The position numbers were made by a program, and so were the translations under genes. The notes beneath the pieces are model-generated. The model worked only from the letters and a program-made list of their open reading frames with translations. It had not been told where the DNA came from and did not search any database. A stretch of DNA of 64,000 nt, taken from contig JABDCC010000005.1 in NCBI GenBank assembly GCA_013288335.1, positions 1,313 through 65,312 on the forward strand, in the 5' to 3' direction. Positions 38,717 to 47,395 of the stretch are shown here, piece by piece. Numbering within the stretch: position 1 is the first letter of the stretch; every line of letters begins with the position of its first letter. The DNA comes from Alphaproteobacteria bacterium. GTDB lineage: Bacteria > Pseudomonadota > Alphaproteobacteria > Rickettsiales > JABCZZ01.

Positions 38717-39235
38717 TTAATGTTTCGGTAGCATTGGTAATATCACATCATGCAGGCTTTGCCTGGTAAGCATTTCCCTATCCGGAGTCAATATTCTGCT
38801 CACCGTACCATCGGTTGCAATAATATAAGTAACAGGCAATATAGCTGGCGCGCTGAAACCATTGTCACTTGCATCGCTTATCAGGCTTGCCGGCATATGA
38901 AAATCTTTCATATAGGCAGCTACCTTGTCACGCGCGCGCGGGCGATCCATGCCAATAGCCATGACCTCAACCCCTTCAGCATGGTGATTACGGTAAAAAT
39001 CATCAAGAGCGGGCATTTCTTCGCGGCAAGATGCGCACCATGTTGCCCAGAAATGTACAATCACCACCTTGCCTTTGAGTGCAGCAAGATCAAAACTCTT
39101 ACCGTCTAATGTTGTGGTAACAAGTTTGACAGATTCTCCTACATTTACCGCATAAGAAGATGATGCCCCACACAAAGAAAAAACCAGGGTGATAATCAAA
39201 ATCAGTATGTTTTTGTTCATGCGCAGGTTTTCCAT
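38717..39235 (-). CDS. TlpA/ResA-like periplasmic thiol:disulfide oxidoreductase
   Basis: 172 aa with a signal/anchor sequence and the thioredoxin-fold motif WATWCASCREE. Confidence 0.85.
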   Translation of the reverse strand: MENLRMNKNILILIITLVFSLCGASSSYAVNVGESVKLVTTTLDGKSFDLAALKGKVVIVHFWATWCASCREEMPALDDFYRNHHAEGVEVMAIGMDRPRARDKVAAYMKDFHMPASLISDASDNGFSAPAILPVTYIIATDGTVSRILTPDREMLTRQSLHDVILPMLPKH

Positions 39236-39242
39236 TTATCCA

Positions 39243-40160
39243 TTAAAAATCACGACTTATATTCAGCTTAAACAATATCGGCGCAGTTAACTGATTGCCA
39301 ACCATATCCTGATACACTGGAAGGCCGACATCGGTAAACAAGTGCCATTCCCCTTCACTTACTTCGACACCCGGCGCAAATAATATACGTTTATAGCCGC
39401 TATTTTCAGGATCGGCATTGACACCTCTGTCGCTTAAACGATACGAGCCAATGAACTGCATAACCGGCGCAATTTTTACATTGCCGATTGCCCATTTGTC
39501 GTAATAGACACCACCTGCAACATCAAACTGATCGCCAGGACGGTATCCGGCTGTGGTCAGAAACGGTTGATCAAGTTCTCCGTTTACAAACCAGTCCCAG
39601 CTTGCATCTGCGGTAAGCGCGCCCATGTGGTAGGCACCGAGCAATAAATCAGTGCTGCCGGTTCCGATTTCCGTATCGCGATCAAAGTTAGTGTAGGAGT
39701 AATCTCCGTTAGGGAGTTTAAGTCCGAAGGTAAGACCACTCGACATATCCGGTGAGAAGCCAGAATAAATACCCTTGATTCGTATATCGCCAATGGCATC
39801 GTGATTGAATCCAGCAATATTACCGCTGTCATCGGTCGTACTGAAATACCTATCCCAATATGGAATTTCTGCCATCACGCCCCAATCGCGGTTGAACATA
39901 TATTGCCCACCCAGCGTAATAAAATTCGTGCGGATGACTTTGTCGCTATTATTTGCGGAAGATGCACTGGAGAATCCATTCCAGTTTACGTTCTGATTCA
40001 TGAAATCATATTCCGCCCAGACTGTCCCGCCTTCACCGGTCGGAAACATCGTACCTGGCTGCACGTCGAACACACCACAACCGCATGCACAAGCAAGTAC
40101 AAGGCCTGGCATAAGCCCTGCAAATAAAACTAAAAAATATACTAAAATACGATTTAACAT
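39243..40160 (-). CDS. outer-membrane beta-barrel protein (MetA-pathway/phenol-degradation-like family) with Cys-rich N-terminus
   Basis: 305 aa. A signal peptide ends in the lipobox-like LVLAC, followed by CACGCG. The body has an alternating beta-strand pattern, an AIGDIRIKG motif and a C-terminal Phe. Confidence 0.6.
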   Translation of the reverse strand: MLNRILVYFLVLFAGLMPGLVLACACGCGVFDVQPGTMFPTGEGGTVWAEYDFMNQNVNWNGFSSASSANNSDKVIRTNFITLGGQYMFNRDWGVMAEIPYWDRYFSTTDDSGNIAGFNHDAIGDIRIKGIYSGFSPDMSSGLTFGLKLPNGDYSYTNFDRDTEIGTGSTDLLLGAYHMGALTADASWDWFVNGELDQPFLTTAGYRPGDQFDVAGGVYYDKWAIGNVKIAPVMQFIGSYRLSDRGVNADPENSGYKRILFAPGVEVSEGEWHLFTDVGLPVYQDMVGNQLTAPILFKLNISRDF

Positions 40161-40268
40161 TGTTGGATACAGCTGAATAATAAAGCCCGTTAACTATATT
40201 AACTTAACAGATACAATAAATTATAATATATATCTTTATAAGCTTCATAATTTATACTTTCTAAGATT

Positions 40269-41153
40269 GTGTCATTGTTTAAATCGCACATTATTTCCTG
40301 CACTAACCGCAACGGTTTCACTCTCATAGAAATGAGCATTGTGCTTGTTATTATAGGATTGATCGTGGGTGGCATTCTGGTAGCTCAGGGTCTTATACGA
40401 ACGGCAGAACTACGTTCTATAATCACTCAAAAAGAGCGCTATTCCACTGCGGTAAATACGTTTCGCAATAAATACAACGCATTGCCCGGTGATTTAATTA
40501 ATGCCTCCACCTATTGGGGCGCGGCGGACGGAGTAGATGGAAATCAGGCGAACTGTTACACGAATACATTAACGACTTCGCCTTTGACCTGCAACGGAAA
40601 CGGCAGTGGTATAGTAGCAGATACGGATATTACTCTGATTGAAAACGGAGTGAATTGCGCCACTTGTGAAGGTTTGCTTTTCTGGCAACATCTTGCTAAC
40701 GCAGGCCTCATAGAGGGAACGTATGGCTATAACGGAAATATGACGCCTCTGGGGAAAATAAGCAGTAGCCAATGGTGGGCGTCCCAGAACTGGGATACTA
40801 ATGCTCCCAGCCCCACAGGGTACATCTATTCCGCAAGTAACTGGGGCAATATATTTATATTACAATCCAATAGCCCTTTTGCCATATCACGCAGCCCTAT
40901 TGCCAAAACAGGGGTTGGACCAACTGCTAAAGGGCCTTTCCCTATCTTAACACCTTCAGACGGGTATTATATTGACTCAAAAATAGATGATGGGGACGCT
41001 ATCGCAGGTAAAATATCTGTAATAGAAGGCGGAGGAATTGCTAATGGGTATTGCGCCAGTGCTGCTTTTGTAAATAGCAGCGCAACTAGTGCGAGTTACG
41101 TTGTTTCTAATACAAATGTTGTTTGTGGACTTATATTTCATCAGGTTTACTGA
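40269..41153 (+). CDS. prepilin-type N-terminal cleavage/methylation domain protein (large pseudopilin/pilin-like)
   Basis: GTG start with a leader ending ...NRNG|FTLIEMSIVLVIIGLIVGGIL (class III signal). The 294 aa body is Gly/Asn/Ser-rich and contains Cys pairs. Confidence 0.75.
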   Translation: MSLFKSHIISCTNRNGFTLIEMSIVLVIIGLIVGGILVAQGLIRTAELRSIITQKERYSTAVNTFRNKYNALPGDLINASTYWGAADGVDGNQANCYTNTLTTSPLTCNGNGSGIVADTDITLIENGVNCATCEGLLFWQHLANAGLIEGTYGYNGNMTPLGKISSSQWWASQNWDTNAPSPTGYIYSASNWGNIFILQSNSPFAISRSPIAKTGVGPTAKGPFPILTPSDGYYIDSKIDDGDAIAGKISVIEGGGIANGYCASAAFVNSSATSASYVVSNTNVVCGLIFHQVY

Positions 41154-41165
41154 TAAGGATAATAC

Positions 41166-41471
41166 ATGTCATTTTATAAACACCATATTTTTGTATGCAC
41201 TAACCGCCGTGAAGCAGGAAATTCACGTGGTTGCTGTGCGGAAAAAAATGCAGACGCTTTACGTGACTACATGAAATCACGCGTGAAAGAACTTGGATTG
41301 GAAAAGGTCCGAGTGAATAATTCCGGATGTCTCGATTGCTGCGATCTTGGCCCCTGCATGGTGATTTATCCTGAGGGCATCTGGTATAGCTGCAAAACCA
41401 AAGAAGATGTTGATGAAGTCATCAATGAACATCTGCTAAAAAACGAAGCTGTGAAACGACTAGAAATTTAG
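41166..41471 (+). CDS. thioredoxin-like (2Fe-2S) ferredoxin family protein
   Basis: 101 aa with HIFVCTNRR...CC...GCLDCCDLGPCMVIYPEGIWY, a Cys pattern typical of this family. Confidence 0.7.
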   Translation: MSFYKHHIFVCTNRREAGNSRGCCAEKNADALRDYMKSRVKELGLEKVRVNNSGCLDCCDLGPCMVIYPEGIWYSCKTKEDVDEVINEHLLKNEAVKRLEI

Positions 41472-41473
41472 AT

Positions 41474-42085
41474 CTAATAAGCCTTAGCTTCAATCTTCAC
41501 AGATACTTTAACATCATTGGCAATCACGTCGGTCTTCTGCCAATCACCTTGTCCCACGCCAAAATCCACACGTTTTATAATGGTTTCACCCGTTACCCGC
41601 GCATAGCGGGTTGAGGGTGCAGTGTCGCCATCCTCAAAAAATTTCAGAGTAAACGGAAGAGTAATTTTTACGGTTTTATCGCGGATGGTTAAATTACCAT
41701 CCGCTTCGTAATTATCATCTTTGATATGTCGAAAAGCAGTAGTCTCAAAAGTAGCTATCGGGAATTTGGATACAGCAAACCAATCCAGACTCAGTAGGCT
41801 ATCTTGCGCATCTTTATCACTGCTTTTCAGATTTTCTATTACAATTTTGATACCAACTTTGCTTGCATCAAGATGGTCAGGAGAAAAAATAATATCAGAA
41901 GAAAAATCAGGAAATGTGCCTTTGATTTCTTTACCGGCATAAATCGCCGTCCATTCTATACTGCTTTTATCTGGCAGAATTTTCCAATGCGGCAAAGTGT
42001 CTTGGGAGATTGCAGTACAAGGCAAAAGAATGGCAAAGATTGCCAACCATCTTAACGCTTGCTTCTTATACTGCCGAATATCCAT
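41474..42085 (-). CDS. YceI-family periplasmic polyisoprenoid-binding protein
   Basis: 203 aa with a signal peptide, the pattern W.I....S.IEW......IKG.F..F...I.F and later [16 protein letters not shown]. Confidence 0.85.
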   Translation of the reverse strand: MDIRQYKKQALRWLAIFAILLPCTAISQDTLPHWKILPDKSSIEWTAIYAGKEIKGTFPDFSSDIIFSPDHLDASKVGIKIVIENLKSSDKDAQDSLLSLDWFAVSKFPIATFETTAFRHIKDDNYEADGNLTIRDKTVKITLPFTLKFFEDGDTAPSTRYARVTGETIIKRVDFGVGQGDWQKTDVIANDVKVSVKIEAKAY

Positions 42086-43400
42086 CTATAAATTTACCCA
42101 TCAAAGCTTCAGGAGACAATTCTACCTTCTCACCTGTCCGCCGGTTCTTTAGCTCAATCACACCAGCCGCAACACCTTTGGGTCCGACAACTACTTGCCA
42201 TGGGAGGCCAATTAAATCCATGCCGGAAAATTTTTTACCAGCACTCTCAGGTGTATCATCATACAATGTTTCAACGCCCGATTTAGTGAGCTTAGCATAA
42301 ATCTCGTTTGAAACTCTATCACAATTTTCATCCCCTACCCGGATATTGATTAGGCCAACCCTAAATGGAGCAACCGACTCCGGCCAGATTATACCATTAT
42401 CATCATGACTTGCCTCAATTATTGCACCGAGCAAGCGTGATACACCTATACCATATGAACCACTTTCTACTGCTACGTCTTTGCCATCAGGACCTGCTAC
42501 TACTGCTTTCATCGGCTCGGAATATTTAGTGCCAAAGTAAAATATCTGCCCAACCTCAATGCCGCGCGCAGCAAGGCGCTTTTCGGCTGGTACTTCCTGT
42601 TCAAAACGTGCCTGATCGTGTACATCCTCAGTCGCTGCATAAAGCGAAGTACGCTGACGCACGATGGGTTCAAGATCACCATCAAAATCCACATTTTCAG
42701 GTGGAATGGGCATATCGAGCAGATCCTTGTGGCAAAACACGCCGCTTTCACCTGTATCGGCCAACACAATAAATTCATGGCTCAAGTCGCCGCCTATAGG
42801 GCCAGTTTCCGCACGCATTGGTATAGTCTTAAGTCCCATGCGTGCAAAAGTGCGCAAGTAAGCCACATACATCCGGTTGTAGGATTTGCGCGCATCTTCT
42901 TTGGTAAGGTCAAAGGAGTAAGCATCCTTCATCAGAAATTCACGCCCGCGCATTACGCCGAAACGCGGCCGCTGCTCATCGCGGAATTTCCACTGCATGT
43001 GATACAAATTTTTTGGCAATCCCTTGTAACTTTTCACATAGGCGCGAAAAATTCCGGTGATCATCTCTTCGTTCGTGGGGCCATATAAAAGCTCGCGCTC
43101 GTGGCGATCTTTGATGCGCAACATTTCAGGACCATAAGCATCATAACGCCCCGATTCACGCCAGATATCGGCAAGTTGCAACGTTGGCATTAGCATTTCA
43201 ATAGCGCCAGCGCGATCCATTTCCTCGCGTATAATTTGTTCGATTTTTTTTAGTACGCGAAATCCAAGTGGTAGCCATGAATATATACCAGCAGCTTCTT
43301 GGCGGATGAGCCCCGCACGCAGCATTAAGCGATGAGAAATTATCTGAGCTTCAGCAGGAGTTTCTTTGAGGAGTGGCAGAAAAAATTTAGAAATGCGCAT
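42066..43400 (-). CDS. proS: proline--tRNA ligase (short form lacking the INS editing domain)
   Basis: 444 aa with class II aaRS motifs and an anticodon-binding C-terminus. The short length is typical of alphaproteobacteria. Confidence 0.95.
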   Translation of the reverse strand: MRISKFFLPLLKETPAEAQIISHRLMLRAGLIRQEAAGIYSWLPLGFRVLKKIEQIIREEMDRAGAIEMLMPTLQLADIWRESGRYDAYGPEMLRIKDRHERELLYGPTNEEMITGIFRAYVKSYKGLPKNLYHMQWKFRDEQRPRFGVMRGREFLMKDAYSFDLTKEDARKSYNRMYVAYLRTFARMGLKTIPMRAETGPIGGDLSHEFIVLADTGESGVFCHKDLLDMPIPPENVDFDGDLEPIVRQRTSLYAATEDVHDQARFEQEVPAEKRLAARGIEVGQIFYFGTKYSEPMKAVVAGPDGKDVAVESGSYGIGVSRLLGAIIEASHDDNGIIWPESVAPFRVGLINIRVGDENCDRVSNEIYAKLTKSGVETLYDDTPESAGKKFSGMDLIGLPWQVVVGPKGVAAGVIELKNRRTGEKVELSPEALMGKFIDGYSAV

Positions 43401-43447
43401 GTTATACTTTCATATAAATATTTTTAAAGTAGCCAAGGTAGGGTTTA

Positions 43448-43852
43448 TCATTCTTGTTCTATTTCGACGAGCGTACCACAAAAATCCTTTGGGTGAAGAA
43501 AAAGCACCGGCTTTCCATGCGCGCCAATTTTTGGATTTCCATCACCAATAACACGAGCACCAGATTTTACCAGATGGTCACGTGCTTCTAAAATATCTTT
43601 TACTTCAAAACAAATATGATGCACTCCACCGGATGGATTTTTTTCCAAAAACCCTGCAATCGGAGATTTTTCACCAAACGGATGCAATAATTCAATTTTT
43701 GTATTGGGTAAATTTACAAAAATAGTCGTTACTCCATGCTCGGCAATATCAATCGGTGCGGAAACCTCGGCACCCAAAGTTTCCCGGTATATTTTACTCG
43801 CAGCTTCCAAATCAGGCACTGCGATGGCCACATGGTTGAGTTTTCCAATCAT
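43448..43852 (-). CDS. mce: methylmalonyl-CoA epimerase (VOC family)
   Basis: 134 aa with LNHVAIAVPDL, GGVHHICFEV and FLHPKDFCGTLVEIEQ. Confidence 0.85.
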   Translation of the reverse strand: MIGKLNHVAIAVPDLEAASKIYRETLGAEVSAPIDIAEHGVTTIFVNLPNTKIELLHPFGEKSPIAGFLEKNPSGGVHHICFEVKDILEARDHLVKSGARVIGDGNPKIGAHGKPVLFLHPKDFCGTLVEIEQE

Positions 43853-43997
43853 AAAATACCTTTTATCAATATGTTAGCAAATAATTGTCACAAAAACTTA
43901 ACTTTTATACTGACCTCATTATCCATATAATGATCTTGGGTATAGCAGTCACGCGGTTGTTATGTCATGATAAAATTATAGGTCGAGTAAAAGATAC

Positions 43998-45572
43998 ATG
44001 GACGAGAATACGAATAGCAATTCAGAAGTTCAGAATCACATTACCATGCTGGATGAAACTCGCATCCAGAAAAACGCACAATCAAAATATTACCGTAATA
44101 TCTGGGGAAGTTACAAAGGCCATATCCGCGGCATGCTCACCGGTGGCGGCATCGGTGCAGTAGTCGGTGCTACACTTGGGCTCATCGCATTACCTATTGT
44201 AGGTCCTATAGGTATTATTGCCATGACCTGTGCAAGCGCATTGGTAGGCGCAGAAGGCTTCGGCACAGTTGGCGCAACAGCAGCAGCACGCTCAACCAGT
44301 TTAGCGGAAAAACATGCGCGTATGCTTGATCCTGAAAACGCAGGCGACCCTATAAAAACCATCGATGATAAACTGATGGATGACGGAGCTGGCAATCACT
44401 ATGAATTTCCAACCGATCGCGATAAAAATAAATTTTTCTCATTCAAATCAGGATTAACCGGAGCAGCTATCGGAGCTGCATCAGGCGCTTTGCTTGCATG
44501 GGGCGGAGTTGCATTCTTTGTTACCGCCCTTAGTGGCTTTGGCATACCGGTTATAGCAGCCGGTGCAATCATCATGGGTATGTTCGGCCTTACCTTTGGT
44601 GTGGAACGCGGTGTTTTTAAATCTATTTTTAACCACACCGATAAAAATATTAGTGGCAAAATTTATAATGGTCACGACCCTGATCTTGGTAAGGAACAAA
44701 ATCCAGATCTCAGCGATCCTGAGTTACTTGCAAAACGTATGGAGCGTCAGGACACTATCCGCCGCTTTGAAAAAGAATATCAGGATAAGATTTTCTGGGG
44801 AGCAGCCACCGGACGCTTTAAAGGTTTTGCTGGCGGTGCAGTTACCGGAGGAATAGTAGGCCTTGCAGCAGGTGCGATCGCACTCGGTATAGTTGCTTTA
44901 TGTTCCGCTCATTTCCTTGTCGCAGCTGCAACCGTAAAATTGCTTATATCATGCTTTGCCGCAAGTGGTGCATTTCTTGGAATGAATACATTTTCAGAAG
45001 CTGGCACCCAAGCTGGTGCAGAGTCAACCTCCCGCGCAATCGATGAAGAGTTTGAACGCAACCGCGTATTGCTTGCTAAAGGTATTGCACCCACTCCGGG
45101 TAAAAAAGAAAAAGAAGAATGGTTTAACTGGAAATCTGCTGCCTTGATGGGACTAATAGGCATTGCTGTCGGTATTGCGCTTGCACCTATTCTTGGACCA
45201 GGCGTTGTTTTTCTATTGGGCCATGTTGGTACTGCTACATTTGGCGCAGCGGCAGCAATTCCTGGGACTTTTAGCGCTGCTACTATTGGTATTTCAGCAA
45301 TTATATCAGGCGTAGTTGGAGTTTCTTACGGACTGGGTGGAAAATTCTTGCATGGCATCGGAAGAACAGCAAACAAACTCTATAATAATGTGTATTCCAA
45401 CACAGTGGAAGAAAATCCTGGAATGACACAAACACCATCAGTCAGTCTTCCTGTGCGTGATAAAATTACGCAGGCCGATGCAGAGTTGCTCAATAGTAAA
45501 ATGCCTGTACAGGGTGAAAAGAATTTCGGCAATATGGTCAATCAGCCAAGCTCTATTCAGGTAGGAATGTAG
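43998..45572 (+). CDS. ORFan polytopic membrane protein with four glycine-zipper hairpin modules (family member A)
   Basis: 524 aa with four repeats of an aromatic/basic lead-in (WGSYK, FFSFK, FWGAATGRFK, WFNWK), each followed by about 50-60 Gly/Ala-rich hydrophobic residues (GxxxG ladders). Charged linkers separate the repeats. It carries the conserved C-terminal motif LLNSKMPVQGEKNFGNMVN. Confidence 0.75.
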   Translation: MDENTNSNSEVQNHITMLDETRIQKNAQSKYYRNIWGSYKGHIRGMLTGGGIGAVVGATLGLIALPIVGPIGIIAMTCASALVGAEGFGTVGATAAARSTSLAEKHARMLDPENAGDPIKTIDDKLMDDGAGNHYEFPTDRDKNKFFSFKSGLTGAAIGAASGALLAWGGVAFFVTALSGFGIPVIAAGAIIMGMFGLTFGVERGVFKSIFNHTDKNISGKIYNGHDPDLGKEQNPDLSDPELLAKRMERQDTIRRFEKEYQDKIFWGAATGRFKGFAGGAVTGGIVGLAAGAIALGIVALCSAHFLVAAATVKLLISCFAASGAFLGMNTFSEAGTQAGAESTSRAIDEEFERNRVLLAKGIAPTPGKKEKEEWFNWKSAALMGLIGIAVGIALAPILGPGVVFLLGHVGTATFGAAAAIPGTFSAATIGISAIISGVVGVSYGLGGKFLHGIGRTANKLYNNVYSNTVEENPGMTQTPSVSLPVRDKITQADAELLNSKMPVQGEKNFGNMVNQPSSIQVGM

Positions 45573-45573
45573 T

Positions 45574-46533
45574 ATGGAAAACACTCCTATTACCAATCCA
45601 TCTCCTGAAACCAAGCTCACCAATGAGCAAATAGAACGAATTGCCGACGAAAACGGTGAAATCTATCGCCGCGACATATTTAAAACTTCATGGAAGATTC
45701 GCTCACAAGGCTTATGGGCCGGCGGTGCGATTGGATTATTTTTTGGCGCAATTATTGGTGCACTGACTCTGGCTTCAACACTAATTGTCGGTGTCAGCTT
45801 GGCTTCTATTGGTGCAATGTTTTTACCCGTGGTTGCCGCATTTGCAATCTCAGGAATGGTTGCCGGAGTAGCGGCAGTAAGCCTTGTAGGTGCCAATGTT
45901 GGCGCAGCAGTGGGTGCCGAGAAAGTAAAAGATAGAAAAAGATTACTGAATTCCCCCGAGCAAGCGCTTGCTGAAACCATAGAATATAAAGGAACCGCTG
46001 AGGAAAAAGAAACTTTCTGGAATAAAATACTTCCTTTTACTAAAGGAAGCAGAGAAATATTCAGCATTCGCAATGGATTGATATTTGGGGCACTCGGAGT
46101 TGGCGTAGGTTTGCTATTGATAAGTGTTGCTCCAGCCCTGGGTGGCGGTGCTCTCATGATCGGCACAATAAGTGCTTTTGTAAAAGCCCATGTCGCCGCC
46201 AGTTTATTTATACCCGCTATTAACTGTATGACTATTGCAGCATGCGGTTTATTTGGCGCGTTCTTTGGCGTAGATATTCCCACCATAGGTGCAAATGCCA
46301 GCAAGTTCTTTGGTGATATATTTACGGGTAGATTATTTAAATCATCACCGGAATTAGCCCCACAAGTGGCAAATGAGATTTCTGCAAAACAGCAACGTGC
46401 AACCACAGTGACTCCGGAAGAAGCAGCATTGCTGAACAGCAAATTACCAAAACCAGGCGAAAAGAATTATCAGAATATGTTAAATGTTCAAAATAGCACC
46501 ACAGTTACGCCATCAATGAGTTCACCAAACTAA
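45574..46533 (+). CDS. ORFan membrane protein with two glycine-zipper hairpin modules (family member B, paralog of A)
   Basis: 319 aa. Its N-terminus aligns by eye with A (IYRRDIFKTSWKIRSQGLWAGGAIGLFFGAIIG against YYRNIWGSYKGHIRGMLTGGGIGAVVGATLG). The C-terminal motif is LLNSKLPKPGEKNYQNMLN. The ATG lies 1 nt after the stop of A. Confidence 0.75.
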   Translation: MENTPITNPSPETKLTNEQIERIADENGEIYRRDIFKTSWKIRSQGLWAGGAIGLFFGAIIGALTLASTLIVGVSLASIGAMFLPVVAAFAISGMVAGVAAVSLVGANVGAAVGAEKVKDRKRLLNSPEQALAETIEYKGTAEEKETFWNKILPFTKGSREIFSIRNGLIFGALGVGVGLLLISVAPALGGGALMIGTISAFVKAHVAASLFIPAINCMTIAACGLFGAFFGVDIPTIGANASKFFGDIFTGRLFKSSPELAPQVANEISAKQQRATTVTPEEAALLNSKLPKPGEKNYQNMLNVQNSTTVTPSMSSPN

Positions 46534-46544
46534 GGGAAGATTTT

Positions 46545-46919
46545 ATGCAGGATACAAATACAACCATAATAATAAGCAGTGCAAACTCCCTTCAGGAAGA
46601 GGCGCTCGCTAATATTTCACGCCCTATAATCAAGTTCAGAAATAAGGCTGGCAAATATGACACCAAGAATGAATCATTAAGCCTGTTTCAAAAAATATGG
46701 CAGTTTTTTGCCAAAGTATTTAACGCCAAGAAAATTATTCTGGCTGAACCGGAAAAAGCAATAATAGTGCAAGCTGAACAATCGACAAAACCTACTGCAG
46801 CAAGCACTATTTCCACTCAGCCTGCGATGAACACAGATTCTAGAGTGCATAACAACCTATATAAAATAGCCGTGCAGCAGTTTAATAATATGGATATTTC
46901 ACAAACCACGAAGAACTAA
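46545..46919 (+). CDS. hypothetical small soluble protein within the glycine-zipper cluster
   Basis: 124 aa with no hydrophobic segment, on the same strand and 11 bp after B. An SD-like GGGAAG lies upstream. Confidence 0.55.
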   Translation: MQDTNTTIIISSANSLQEEALANISRPIIKFRNKAGKYDTKNESLSLFQKIWQFFAKVFNAKKIILAEPEKAIIVQAEQSTKPTAASTISTQPAMNTDSRVHNNLYKIAVQQFNNMDISQTTKN

Positions 46920-46929
46920 CAGGTAAAAC

Positions 46930-47385
46930 GTGAGTAGCTTGAGCAAAATATTTGGGATTGTAATAGCAGGAGCGCTTGTTATAGGCGGCATTGCAGCGCT
47001 TGGCGCTGCTGTGGTTGCAGGTTGTAGTTTATTCTTTGTAACCAGTTCTGCTTTGACATTCGCTACCGGACTTGGTGCAGTTCTAGGCGCTGCAGCTCAT
47101 GCATTTCTTTATGGCGGGCTGGTAGGCGCTGCAATAGGCGGCGCGATGGGAATAGCATCAGCAGTGGGTGAAGTGTTTGCAAAGAAAAGCAGAAGAAGCA
47201 AGCCAGGTGCGGAATCCGCAGAAGCACTAGAGCACTCCAAAGCCAGAGAAAAAGCAAAAAATATTGAGCAGCCTGCACCCGAAGAACCTGAAGTAACAAA
47301 CCCACTCTACAAAGAAGGGCTTGGCGCAGCGCTTTATAATAAAGGTAAAGAAAAAACCACAGAACCTGCTTACGGCAGAGGATAG
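46930..47385 (+). CDS. ORFan small glycine-zipper membrane protein (family member D)
   Basis: 151 aa from a GTG start. The N-terminal ~85 aa are Gly/Ala-rich and hydrophobic, followed by KKSRRSK and a charged tail ending NPLYKEGLGAALYNKGKEK... Confidence 0.65.
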   Translation: MSSLSKIFGIVIAGALVIGGIAALGAAVVAGCSLFFVTSSALTFATGLGAVLGAAAHAFLYGGLVGAAIGGAMGIASAVGEVFAKKSRRSKPGAESAEALEHSKAREKAKNIEQPAPEEPEVTNPLYKEGLGAALYNKGKEKTTEPAYGRG

Positions 47386-47395
47386 GAGAAAGTAT

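Noticed and set aside
45663-46442. A 259-aa ORF lies antisense to glycine-zipper protein B. A similar ORF at 47227-47688 lies antisense to D and E.
   Set aside because: GC-rich Gly/Ala codons (GGN/GCN) keep the opposite strand open by chance. The sense-strand genes have SD sequences, tight spacing and paralog conservation. The antisense translations are Pro/Ala/Ser low complexity.
47299-47312. NPLY in protein D could be a eukaryotic NPxY endocytic or PTB-binding motif.
   Set aside because: The paralogous position in protein E reads NPYA and does not fit NPxY. A four-residue match is expected by chance.
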